Part shown: one piece after another, positions 28,761 through 39,600 of the stretch
How positions within the stretch are numbered: the first letter of the stretch is position 1
Layout of the letters: every line of letters begins with the position of its first letter
Assembly (NCBI GenBank): GCA_964610505.1
Contig: CAZSXU010000008.1
Span: 52,604-116,603, forward strand
Source of the DNA: an uncultured bacterium
GTDB lineage: Bacteria; Arandabacterota; Arandabacteria; JAGLYR01
Length of the DNA stretch: 64,000 nucleotides
Direction: 5' to 3'
Notes under the pieces: generated by a model
What the model was told of the DNA's origin: nothing
The model's input: the letters and a program-made list of their open reading frames with translations, nothing else
Database searches by the model: none
Translations under genes and position numbers: made by a program

Positions 28761-31700
28761 ATGCGCTCCTGGTTACCGATGTTCATCATCCTGGCGGTCC
28801 TCGTATCGGCGATGGATGCCGTCGCCCAGAGGGAGCGCCCTGCACAAGACCCGCGAGAGGCGCTGGGCCTGGATCGCGCCGGCTCTGCATCCTCCATTCC
28901 TTCGGGTGATGTCAAGGATTCGAACATCCACTGGTTCGGGTTCTATGATCCCGGTACGGGCACGGCGGTCCCGGATGAGACCTGGACGTTCGATCATGGC
29001 GCGGCGGATCCTTTCGAAGGATGGGTCTCGGAAGATATGACCGGGAACGACTTCACCGCCTGGAAACGAATCACCGAAGCCTCCTGGGCGGGGCACGACA
29101 ATGCCATACCGGCGCCTCTTCTCCAGGGAACGGCGAGCTATTGGGTCGGCTTCTTCGAAGACAGGGCGGACAGCCTCTGCTGGAGGAACGGTCTCGGCTA
29201 TGGAATCAACTGGCGCCAGCAACGGCTGATCAGCCCGAGTTTCACGTACGACGGAAGCGACTCTGTCCGGATCTCATTCCTGTACTTCAGCGACTGTGAA
29301 CCGGACTACGACGGTACCACCGTCCTGGTGAGCTTCCCCGCTCTTGACACGACGGTGACCCTGGACTTCTTCGAAGGACCGCACGGATCCCCTTCAGCGC
29401 CGACGCCTTTCTCCGAGACGGTCGATGTCGAGACGCTGAGCGGAGGTCAGCCCACGCCGTTCGCCCTGGTCTTTGAGTTTAACTCGGATGCGGGCTGGTG
29501 CGACGAAGATGGGCAGTTCAACAGCACATACGGGGCCTTTGGCGTAGACAGCATCACCATTGCGAACAACGTCGTGGAGGGGGACCAGTTCTTCGATTTC
29601 GAAACGGGCGACGAGGGGTTCACCACATCCTTCTTTCCGGGACTCGGGGATTTCTCGGCGATCAATCCGGTGGGCCCGTACGGACTGACCGAGCCGGACT
29701 GCAACCTGGATGGGAACGTCGTGTCTTTCCATGATGAGAGCTGGGGCCATCCGGATGACAGCACGATCAATATCGTTTCACCTTCCGTCCCTCTTAGCGA
29801 TATCGGTTCCGGCCCCTTCACAATCTTCGTCGAGCTCGACGTGTACGAGGACCTGCCGATCCACGCCCAGTGTGACTTCTGGCGCTACGGCTGGACCTAC
29901 TACCCGTACGACTGTCCTCCTGGCGGGTCCATGTGGTCTCCGCCCCAGATGACCACCCAGTACGAATACACAGGATCCACCGAAGAGCCCGGTTGTTTCC
30001 AGCTCCGTCGGTTCGGCCGACACGTTGAGGAGCAGGTCACCTACATTCCGGCAGACGCGGAATCCTGTCGCGTCGTTCTCCAGTTCCTGAACGCCTGTGA
30101 CTTCTACAACGGTACATTCTGTTCATGCGCTATCCCGTCGAACTTCAGTCCTCTTTTTGACAATATCCGCATCGGCGTGGTGGAAGCGGACAGCGTCCTT
30201 TTCGTTCCCAGCGGAGATTTCCCCACCATCCAGGCCGCTATCGATTCGTCCGTCAGCGGCAACCAGATCCTCCTCGCCGATGGGACCTACGCGGGAGATG
30301 GAAACCGAGATCTGGATTTCCAGGGGAAGGACATCACGGTTCGTTCCGAGAGCGGCGATCCTTCGGCCTGCATCATCGATTGTGAAGGGACACCGGGCGA
30401 ACCTCATCGAGGCGTGTTCTTCGATGGAGAAGGCCCGCTGGCGGTACTCAAAGACCTGACCATCACGGGCGGCTACGGCGATTACGGCGGAGCGATTCTT
30501 TGTGATGGATCCTCGCCCACGATGGAGGGCTGCGTCTTCACCGGCAACTCCAGCCAGTACGATGGTGGCGCGGTCTTCTGCCGGTCCACGTCCACTCCAA
30601 CCCTCACAGATTGTGTGCTGTCCAATAATGCCGCGGGAGACGACGGCGGGGGCTTCGGATGCCGTGACACCTCCGATGTCCAGCTGACGGGTTGCACGCT
30701 CATTGACAACACCGCCTCAGACGACGGAGGTGCCGTCTACTGTTACAACGCCACGCCGACCTTCACGAATTGTACGATTGCCGGGAACCATGCACCGGAC
30801 CAGGGCGCCGCACTGGGGCTGGTCGGATCCAGCGCGATCCTCAACAACACGATCATCGCACTGAATACCGACAACGCACCCTTCTACTGTTCGGGATCCA
30901 GCCCCGTACTCTCCTGCTGCGATGTGTACGGCAATGCGGGGGGCGACTGGACGGGATGCATTGGCGGGCAGGAGACCCTCCGCGACAATCTTTCCGCCAA
31001 TCCTCTCTTCTGTGATGCCGACAATGGCAACTATCTCCTGCGGTCATGCTCGCCCTGTCTGAACGCGCCCGGCTGCGGACAGGTGGGATCTCTCGGATTC
31101 GGCGACTGCCCCTCGCGCACCTGGTATGTGCCGGCGGACGCGCCCACGATCCAGGCCGCTATCGATCTTGCCTGTTCGGGCGACACCGTGCGCGTCGCCG
31201 CCGGAACCTATACGGGCGACGGGAATCGGGACATTGACTTCGGAGGCAAGGGGATTCTTCTCAGGGGTGACTCTTACCAGCCTTCCCTTTATGTACTCGA
31301 CGTCGGGGGAAGTGTGGGGGATCCGCACCGGGGATTCATTTTCCAGAGCGAGGAGGATTCCACGACGGTCGTGAGAGCCCTGACGATCACCGGTGGCTAT
31401 GCAACACAGGGCGGAGCCGTCAACTGTGATCACAGCTCCCCGGAATTGTCCAGCCTGGTCTTCTTGAGTAACACCGCCTCAGATGACGGCGGGGCCGTGT
31501 ACTGCACGAATTACAGCTCGCCGCGCGTACTGAATTGCGAAGCGGTGGATAACACGGCCGGAGACAACGGCGGAGGGTTCTACTTCAACTCCCATTGCCA
31601 ACCCTTTATCCACTACTGCAATGTCTTCGGAAACTCCGCCACCGACGCCGGGGGCGGAATCGGATATGCCAACTACTCGAGCGGTGATGGCCGCGGCTGT

Positions 31701-34700
31701 GACATTGCCCACAACCAGGCCGGCGTCGGCGGAAGCGGTGTCTTCTGCCACGGAAACTGCTACCCGGATTTCGAGAGCTTCACGATCTCCCACAACTCGA
31801 GTTCCGGAGGCAGTGTCCTCGCTCGCCAGAACTCCTTGATCGACTTGACCCACACCAATATCACGTTCGATGCGACCGGCCCGGCCGTCGCCTGTGAGAC
31901 GGGCGGAGCCGTGAGTCTCAACTGCTCGAATGTATACGGAAACGCCGGAGGGGATTACGTCGGCTGCATCGCCGGTGAGGAGGGAGCGGACAACAACTTC
32001 TCGGCCGACCCCATCTACTGCAATCCCGACAGCAACGATTTCTGGGTTCGAAGTGACTCGCCGTGCCTGATGCATCCCGGCTGCGGAGCCATCGGGGGCA
32101 TAGGCATCGGATGCTACGCCTGGAGAACCTGGCTGGTCTGTCCGGACGGATCCGGGGATTTCACGACGATCCAGGAAGCCGTCAGCGCTGCGGCCGAGCA
32201 GGACACCATCGAACTCTGTGACGGCATCTACACGGGCGACGGGAATCGGGATATCTCGACGTGGAAGAAGTTAACGATCCGATCACAGACTGGTGACCCC
32301 ACGGCCTGCATCATCGATGTCCAGGGGACCGCTGAGGAGTATCACCGGGCATTCACAATCAGCAGCTTCGGGGATGTCGATTTCGAAGGGATCACATTCA
32401 CCGGGGGCTATTCCGACTACTCCGGCGGCGCAATCAAATGCCAGGACTCGGATGTGGTGTTCCGGGACTGCATGTTCACAGATAACAACTGCGTGAGTAC
32501 GGGTGGAGCCGTATATGCCACCACGAGCTATAGTGGCTCCACGATCTTCTACGACTGCATCTTCATGAATAACACAGCCGAATACGGTGGGGCCGTCGTC
32601 TGTATGGGAAACGGGTACTTCCATGGCTGCGTGATGTCCGGAAACACGGCCGATCGCGGTGGAGCGATCTACGCGGCCTACGGTGGGGGCTCGTACTTCG
32701 ACTGCACCATTGTAGACAACCATGGAACCGAAGGCAGCGCGGCCTACCTGTCCTACCAAGCGGACCTCTATTTCAACAGGACGATCCTCGCGTTCAATAC
32801 GGGAAGCCAGACTGTGGAGTGCGGCGAACCCTCCGCCGACGCCCGTCTCTACTGCAGCGATGTCTTCGGGAACTCCGGCGGAGACTGGGTCGGCTGTATC
32901 GCCGACCAGGCGGGGAATATCGGCAACATCTCCGAGGATCCCCGATTCTGTGATCTCACGGGAGGAGACTACACCCTCCGGTGTACATCGCCCTGCCTGG
33001 ATCCCGCCGAGCCCAGCTGCGATGGCATGGGCGCATTGGGCGAAGGCGATTGCCCGAGGACGTGGTACGTTCCCTCGCAGTGTCCGACGATCCAGGCGGG
33101 CATCGATTCGGCCTGCTCGGGCGGCACAGTACTCATCGCCGACGGCACCTACGCGGGTGAGGGAAATCGGGATGTCGATTTCGGCGGCAAGGCCCTGACG
33201 GTCAGGTCGGAGAGTGGAAACGCCGACCTCTGCGTCATCGATTGCCAGGCGGATTCGCTCAATCCTCACCGGGGATTCATCTTCCAGAACGGTGAAGATT
33301 CCACGTCCGTGCTCCAGGATGTGACCATCACCAACGCCTACCATGGCCTCTACGGGGCCGGCATTCTGTGCTACGGGTCATCTCCAACAATCACCGGCTG
33401 CATCGTCCGAGACAACGCCACGGCCCGCGGGCCCGGAACGCACGGCGCCGGTATCTGCTGTAACTCAAGCGCCTCGCCGGAGATTACCGATTGTCTCATC
33501 TCCGACAACTCCGCCGACTACGGCGGCGGGATCTCCTGTCTCGGCTCGTCCAGTCCGGACATCGCCCGCTGCACAATCGCCGGGAACGCAGCAGGGGCGG
33601 GCGCGGCCCTCCTCTGCAGTGACGTGTCGAATCCCATCATCACCCGGTCGATTCTCGCGATGAACGCCGAGGGCGAGGCTATCCTCTGCTGGACCTATTC
33701 GAATCCTGCACTTGCCTGTTCTGACGTCTTCGGAAACGCGGGCGGCGATTGGGTCGGATGCATCGCCGGCCAGGATACACTTGACAACAACTTCTCTGCC
33801 GACCCCATCTTCTGCGGCGCAGAGGATGGCAACTACCATCTCCGGATCTGCTCTCCCTGTCTGAACGTGGACGGCTGTGGTCAGGTGGGCGCTCTGGGAT
33901 CGGGCGGCTGTGAGCGAGTCTGGCATGTTCCTGCCGAAGCACTCACAATCCAAGCCGGCATCGATTCGGCCGCCTGTGGCGACACGGTGGTCGTCGCCTG
34001 TGGTACCTACAACGAGCACAGCATCATCCTCAAGGGAGGAATCGTCCTTCGCAGTGAGACCGGGACGTACGACTGCGTCACCATCGACGCCGAACAACAG
34101 GGCACCATCTTCTATGCCCAGGATTTCTCGGACATCACCGAGATTGTGGGTCTCACGCTGACGGGAGGCCTCTTCTACAGCGGCGGGGCCATGTTTACGG
34201 ACGATTGCACTCTTCGAATCTCGAACTGCCACTTCACAGACAACAGGGGGCAGAGTCTGGGCGGAAACAGCTACGCGGCCGGCATCTTCGCGGGTGGCGA
34301 TGTCCATCTGTCCGGCTGCGTGTTCTCGAACAACATCGCCGAGGGGGCCGGGCACGGCGGGGCCATCTACGCGGCGGGCGATACAATGTCGGTCGTCAAC
34401 TGCACGGTTTACGGGAACGCCGCCCAGAGCGGCGAAGGGGCCGGGTTGTTTGTAACCGGGTCCGCTTCCGTGTATCTGGGCAACTCCATCATCGCCTTCA
34501 GTAGCGAGGGCGAGGCCGTCTATTGCACCGGCACCGGTACGGATCCAACCGTGAACTGCTGTGACATCTTCGGCAATGCAGGCGGCGATTGGGTCGGATG
34601 CATTGCGGGCCAGGACTCGCTCCACCACAACCTCTCGGTAGATCCCCTGTTCTGCGATGCCGGAGGCGGCGATTTCACCCTCTACAGTCATTCGCCCTGC

Positions 34701-36587
34701 GAGGCGGCAAACGCTTGGTCTTGTGGCACAATCGGAGCGAAGGGCGTCGGCTGCTATCTCCACAACATCGTACATGTGCCGGCGGATGAGCTCACGATTC
34801 AGGCGGGACTGAACACTGCCTTCGCGGGAGACACAGTCATCGTTGCCTGCGGAACGTACCATGAGCACAGCATCTGGATGAAGCCCGGCGTCTATCTCAG
34901 AAGTGAAACCGGACTACCCGACTGTGTGACGATTGAAGCCGACTCGCTCGGCCGGGTGATGTTCTGCTTCAATGCGGACAGTACCACCTGTATCGAAGGA
35001 TTCACGTTCACAGAGGGCTGGCCGGATGATTCCTTTGGCGGCGGTGGCATCTGGTGTTCGGGCGCATCACCCCGGTTAATCCGCCTGGCGTTCTTGAGGA
35101 ACTGGGGGTCCGGAGGCGGTGGACTGCGATGCGAATTTGATTCCTCGCCGTCACTGTTCGAGTGCACCTTCACAGAGAACTCATCACAGCTTATGGGCAG
35201 CGGCGGCGGGATGTCCTGCTACGATCACTCCTCTCCAACGCTCACCGACTGTGGCTTCTTCAACAATGTGGCGGATGGTCTGGGCTACGGCGGTGGAATG
35301 TCCGTCATTGGCTACTGCTCCCCGACTCTGACTCGCTGCACGTTCTCGGGAAACTCTGCGCTGTTTGACGGCGCGGGGGGTGGGTTTGCTTCCTACGGTT
35401 CGTCGCCCATTCTCATCGATTGCGACTTCACGGAGAACGTGAGCGCTCATGGTGGCGGTGTCTACAGCTCAAGAGATAGCTCGTTTACCATCATCGACAC
35501 GGAATTCCATGACAACGCCTCAGGCTGTGGCGATTTGGGCGGCGGGGGTGGACTCCTCTCGAGCTTCAGCGTGTTGGAGGTGAGCGGTTGCTCCTTTACG
35601 GGGAACTTCATCAACAGCGGCAACTGCACGTCGGGGGGCGGAGGCGGAGCGTACGCTGATTTCGGTTCTGCCGTCTTCACAGACTGCGTGTTTCGCCAGA
35701 ACTCGGCCGACCTGACGCAGGGTGGCGAGGGAGGCGGAGGTGGGGTGCTCTGCGGAAGAGATGCGTCGGCGACGTTCATGAATTGCATCTTCGACAGAAA
35801 CTCGTGTGACATTGAATACGGAGATTACTGGGGCGGGGGCGGCCTCTACTGCGCATCTCGGTCGACGGCGGCACTCACCGGGTGCACTTTCAGCGGTAAT
35901 TCCGCGGCGTCCAATCTGTACGGCGAACACAAAGGCGGAGCGATCTACCTCGACACAAATGTGTCCATCAGCCTGGATCACACGATTCTGGCTTTCAGTG
36001 AGTACGGCGAAGCCATCTTCTGCAATTATGCCCCGTCGGACACCGTGACCATCACCTGCTCTGACATCTACGGGAACGCGGGGGGCGACTGGGTCGGGTG
36101 CATCTCCGGCCTGTACGGAGCGAACGGCAACTTCTCCGAAGACCCTCTCTTCTGTGGGCGGTTCGGCGGAGACCTGACGCTTGGGATGCAATCGCCCTGT
36201 GCGCCGGATAACGCCCCGCCGGGCTGCGGTCTCATCGGCGCCGACAGTGTGGCGTGCGACATCACGGGTGTGGCGGAATCCCGAGACGTGCGACTCCCGA
36301 CCGCCTTCTATCTCGGCCCGGCCGTACCCAACCCGTTCAACCCTGTCACCGAGATCAGCTACGGCATCCCGATGAGTGACGGCGCGTCCCGCGTCCGGAT
36401 GAATGTCTACGACGTCCTCGGCCGGAATGTCCGCACGCTCGTGGATGCGGACCAGGCGCCGGGAATCTATCGAGTCACCTGGGATGGCTGTGACGACCGT
36501 GGGGTGGCGGTGGCGAGTGGAGTGTACTTCTATAGGGTCACGTGGAATGGAAAGAGTGAGACGAACAGGATGGTGCTGTTGAAGTAA
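28761..36587 (+). CDS. Giant secreted protein (about 2608 aa): N-terminal jelly-roll-like region, 6 beta-helix modules, CTD
   Basis: GGAGG SD before ATG 28761; signal peptide. Six modules, each running from (W/V)xVP...TIQ.A(I/V)D to (D/N)P.(F/Y)C...SPC...C...GA.G.GC; PNPFNP CTD. Confidence 0.85.
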   Translation: MRSWLPMFIILAVLVSAMDAVAQRERPAQDPREALGLDRAGSASSIPSGDVKDSNIHWFGFYDPGTGTAVPDETWTFDHGAADPFEGWVSEDMTGNDFTAWKRITEASWAGHDNAIPAPLLQGTASYWVGFFEDRADSLCWRNGLGYGINWRQQRLISPSFTYDGSDSVRISFLYFSDCEPDYDGTTVLVSFPALDTTVTLDFFEGPHGSPSAPTPFSETVDVETLSGGQPTPFALVFEFNSDAGWCDEDGQFNSTYGAFGVDSITIANNVVEGDQFFDFETGDEGFTTSFFPGLGDFSAINPVGPYGLTEPDCNLDGNVVSFHDESWGHPDDSTINIVSPSVPLSDIGSGPFTIFVELDVYEDLPIHAQCDFWRYGWTYYPYDCPPGGSMWSPPQMTTQYEYTGSTEEPGCFQLRRFGRHVEEQVTYIPADAESCRVVLQFLNACDFYNGTFCSCAIPSNFSPLFDNIRIGVVEADSVLFVPSGDFPTIQAAIDSSVSGNQILLADGTYAGDGNRDLDFQGKDITVRSESGDPSACIIDCEGTPGEPHRGVFFDGEGPLAVLKDLTITGGYGDYGGAILCDGSSPTMEGCVFTGNSSQYDGGAVFCRSTSTPTLTDCVLSNNAAGDDGGGFGCRDTSDVQLTGCTLIDNTASDDGGAVYCYNATPTFTNCTIAGNHAPDQGAALGLVGSSAILNNTIIALNTDNAPFYCSGSSPVLSCCDVYGNAGGDWTGCIGGQETLRDNLSANPLFCDADNGNYLLRSCSPCLNAPGCGQVGSLGFGDCPSRTWYVPADAPTIQAAIDLACSGDTVRVAAGTYTGDGNRDIDFGGKGILLRGDSYQPSLYVLDVGGSVGDPHRGFIFQSEEDSTTVVRALTITGGYATQGGAVNCDHSSPELSSLVFLSNTASDDGGAVYCTNYSSPRVLNCEAVDNTAGDNGGGFYFNSHCQPFIHYCNVFGNSATDAGGGIGYANYSSGDGRGCDIAHNQAGVGGSGVFCHGNCYPDFESFTISHNSSSGGSVLARQNSLIDLTHTNITFDATGPAVACETGGAVSLNCSNVYGNAGGDYVGCIAGEEGADNNFSADPIYCNPDSNDFWVRSDSPCLMHPGCGAIGGIGIGCYAWRTWLVCPDGSGDFTTIQEAVSAAAEQDTIELCDGIYTGDGNRDISTWKKLTIRSQTGDPTACIIDVQGTAEEYHRAFTISSFGDVDFEGITFTGGYSDYSGGAIKCQDSDVVFRDCMFTDNNCVSTGGAVYATTSYSGSTIFYDCIFMNNTAEYGGAVVCMGNGYFHGCVMSGNTADRGGAIYAAYGGGSYFDCTIVDNHGTEGSAAYLSYQADLYFNRTILAFNTGSQTVECGEPSADARLYCSDVFGNSGGDWVGCIADQAGNIGNISEDPRFCDLTGGDYTLRCTSPCLDPAEPSCDGMGALGEGDCPRTWYVPSQCPTIQAGIDSACSGGTVLIADGTYAGEGNRDVDFGGKALTVRSESGNADLCVIDCQADSLNPHRGFIFQNGEDSTSVLQDVTITNAYHGLYGAGILCYGSSPTITGCIVRDNATARGPGTHGAGICCNSSASPEITDCLISDNSADYGGGISCLGSSSPDIARCTIAGNAAGAGAALLCSDVSNPIITRSILAMNAEGEAILCWTYSNPALACSDVFGNAGGDWVGCIAGQDTLDNNFSADPIFCGAEDGNYHLRICSPCLNVDGCGQVGALGSGGCERVWHVPAEALTIQAGIDSAACGDTVVVACGTYNEHSIILKGGIVLRSETGTYDCVTIDAEQQGTIFYAQDFSDITEIVGLTLTGGLFYSGGAMFTDDCTLRISNCHFTDNRGQSLGGNSYAAGIFAGGDVHLSGCVFSNNIAEGAGHGGAIYAAGDTMSVVNCTVYGNAAQSGEGAGLFVTGSASVYLGNSIIAFSSEGEAVYCTGTGTDPTVNCCDIFGNAGGDWVGCIAGQDSLHHNLSVDPLFCDAGGGDFTLYSHSPCEAANAWSCGTIGAKGVGCYLHNIVHVPADELTIQAGLNTAFAGDTVIVACGTYHEHSIWMKPGVYLRSETGLPDCVTIEADSLGRVMFCFNADSTTCIEGFTFTEGWPDDSFGGGGIWCSGASPRLIRLAFLRNWGSGGGGLRCEFDSSPSLFECTFTENSSQLMGSGGGMSCYDHSSPTLTDCGFFNNVADGLGYGGGMSVIGYCSPTLTRCTFSGNSALFDGAGGGFASYGSSPILIDCDFTENVSAHGGGVYSSRDSSFTIIDTEFHDNASGCGDLGGGGGLLSSFSVLEVSGCSFTGNFINSGNCTSGGGGGAYADFGSAVFTDCVFRQNSADLTQGGEGGGGGVLCGRDASATFMNCIFDRNSCDIEYGDYWGGGGLYCASRSTAALTGCTFSGNSAASNLYGEHKGGAIYLDTNVSISLDHTILAFSEYGEAIFCNYAPSDTVTITCSDIYGNAGGDWVGCISGLYGANGNFSEDPLFCGRFGGDLTLGMQSPCAPDNAPPGCGLIGADSVACDITGVAESRDVRLPTAFYLGPAVPNPFNPVTEISYGIPMSDGASRVRMNVYDVLGRNVRTLVDADQAPGIYRVTWDGCDDRGVAVASGVYFYRVTWNGKSETNRMVLLK
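36348..36469. repeat. 122-bp block with 2 mismatches to 40531-40652 (CTD-coding regions)
   Basis: Direct alignment at offset 4183; mismatches only at 36372 and 36434. Confidence 0.9.
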
Positions 36588-36629
36588 CGTGGTTCGTGGT
36601 TCGATATTCGTGGTTCGTTCTCGGAGAAG
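36587..36629 (+). repeat. Intergenic heptamer-periodic repeat, copy 2 (one extra unit)
   Basis: ACGTGGTTCGTGGTTCGATATTCGTGGTTCGTTCTCGGAGAAG, directly after the stop. Confidence 0.85.
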
Positions 36630-36651
36630 AGCATCATAGGAGAGTGCACCC

Positions 36652-39600
36652 ATGACCAAACACATCGTGATTGCATCCCTGTTCGTGGTGATTGTCTTGC
36701 TTCCTTCCACCGGACAGGCCGCTGTCTGGGAGGTCCCGCTCGAATGTCCCACGATTCAGGCAGGTATTGACTCGGCCGCCAGCGGAGACACGGTGCGTGT
36801 GGCCAATGGGATCTACACCGGTGACGGAAATCGGGATATCAGCTATCTCGGCAAGGGCGTCACGGTACAATCCGCAAGCGGCGATCCAACCCTCTGCGTC
36901 ATCAATTGCGGCGGGTACCCTCACCGAGGATTCCGGTTCGTCAGCAGCGAAGGTCCCGGGTCCGTGCTGGACGGATTCACGATCACGAACGCGGACAACT
37001 TGACCGGTGCAGCGATCCGATGCAGCTGGGCCTCGCCAGTGATTTCCAACTGCATCCTCACAGGCAACCAGGGCAACGAGGGGAGTGCCGTCAGCGGACT
37101 GTCATCGTCCTTCACCCTCTCCGGCTGCATCGTCACGAACAACTCGTGTGTGATGGGCCCGATCTACATGGACTCCGGGGCACCGACGCTGGAACACTGC
37201 GTCATTGCCGGCAACAGTGCCACCATGGGAATCCTGTTCTGCCACGACTCCGACCCCACGATTACGGGATGCACTCTCGCCGACAACTCCGCGACGGTCG
37301 GCGGGGCGATCTATGCGAATGGATGGGCCGATGTAACCGCCGAGAACACGATTGTCGCCTTCAGCGGCGATTGGCCGATCTTCGACTGCTGGGACGAGGG
37401 TCGGATCACACTCTCCTGCTGTAACGTGTACGGAAATGACGGGGGCGATTACGTAAGTTGCGTCGCCACCCAGGGATCCGTGCGCGATAATTTCTCGTCC
37501 GACCCCTTGTTCTGTGATGCGGAGGGTGGAGACTATCGCCTCCACTGCGCCTCGCCCTGTCTGAACGCGCCGGGGTGCGGGCTGGTCGGCGCACTCGGGC
37601 TGGGAGATTGTGTGCGGGCCTGGAGCGTTCCCGCCGAGGTCGCCACCATTCAGGCGGCCATCGATCTGGCCTGCGACGGCGACACGATCCTTGTGGCCGA
37701 CGGGACGTACACGGGTACCGGCAACCGGGATCTTGACTTCGGCGGTAAGGCGATCGTTGTCCGGTCGGAGACCGGAGATCCCAGTACCTGCATCATCGAT
37801 TGCGACGGAAGTGAGCTAGATGAGCATCGGGGTTTTCTCTTCAACTCGGGAGAGGACTCGACATCCGTTGTGATGGGCTTTACGATCCGGAACGCCTACA
37901 TGGACACCTATACAGGCGCCGCTTTCGAATGCTCGAACGGGTCATCCCCCACGATCACGTACTGCGTCATGGCCGAGAACACGTCTCTTCGCGGCCCGGC
38001 ATTGAACTGCTCGGACAGCAGCCCTATCGTCTCGCATTGCACCATAGTAGACAACCATCCTACCTTTTCCACTCTGTATGTCTTCGGGAGCGCCCATGTG
38101 CGAATGAGTCACTGCATCGTGGTCTACAGCGACGGGATGCAGGCTTTCCGATGCGGAGGCGAAGCAACGGCGTCGCTCACATGCTGCGATGTCCACCAGA
38201 ACGGAACCGGCCTCTCGCCCGACTGGGGCTATTGTCTGGAGGGTCAGGGCGACATCAACGGGAACATGAGCGCGCCACCCCGCTTCTGTGACCGCGAAGC
38301 AGGTGACTATCACCTGAACGCCAGCTCCCCCTGTGCCACGGCCCCGTGCGGGATCATGGGGGCACTCGGCGTCGGCTGCGCGCCGCGGATCTGGCATGTC
38401 CCGGCCGACGCCCCGACCATCGCGGCCGGGCTCGATTCGGCCGCGGCCGGAGATACCGTTGAGGTCGCGTGCGGTACCTACTACGAGCACGATCTCGACT
38501 TCGATCTGCCCATTTGCCTCAGAAGTGAAACCGGTGATCCGGAGTGTGTTTTGATCGACGCCGGAGGGCTGGGAGAGGTGATGAGCTGCGGCTACTACTA
38601 CTATGCGGACAGCCTGTCTTCGATCAGGGGGATCACGTTCACCGGCGGTCGGTGCGGGGCAGGCCCCGGGCTGTACTGTTGGAGTGCGGATCCGCGGATC
38701 CACAACTGCGTATTCACCGGCAATCATGCCATCACAGACTATCAATCCGGGTCGGGCGGGGCCATGTTCGTGTCGATGTGTTCCCCGGTACTCACCGACT
38801 GTGTCTTCCACAAGAATGTTGCTGGAGATACGACCGGCTGGGGTGGAGCCGTGTGGGTCTCGGGCTGGGCCGCGCATCCCCTGTTTGAACGCTGCACGTT
38901 TTCTCAGAACTCTGTCCGAGGACAGGGAGACGGGGGCGCGTTGAGCGTGTCGGGAGATGCTCATGCAGACCTGTTCAACTGCATCATTGCCTTCTCAAAG
39001 ATCGGCGAGGCCGTGGCCTGCGACAGCGTCGGCGACGTTACGCTGGCCTGCTGTGACGTATTCGGAAACGCGGGCGGTGACTGGGTCGGAAACATTGCCG
39101 GACAAGCGGGGACCAACGGCAATTTCGAAGCGGATCCGATCTTCTGCGACACGCTCGCGGGTGATTTCGCTTTGCGAAACGACTCGCCCTGCGCGGCCGG
39201 GCACAATCCGACATGTGGGCGGATCGGGGCCCGGGCCGTGGGGTGTCTCCGTCCGCCGGGCGTCCTCCATGTGCCGTCCGAGTTCCCGACCATTCGGGCT
39301 GCCGTGGATTCGAGTATTACGGGCGATTCCGTGGTGGTCGCCTGCGGGACCTACTACGAGCATGACATCGAGATGAAGTCCGGGGTCACGGTGGTCAGTG
39401 AAACCGGTGAACCCGATTGTGTGACGATCGATGCCCAGGGACTGGGGCGGATCATTTACTGCAACGATGTGGACAGCACGGCGCACATTGTGGGATTCAC
39501 GATCACGGGTGGATCGGAAAGTGCCGGCGGCGGAGTGTATTGCTCGCAGTCCTACGTGAATATCACTCGTTGCCTGTTGACCGCCAATACTGCCTCTGAT

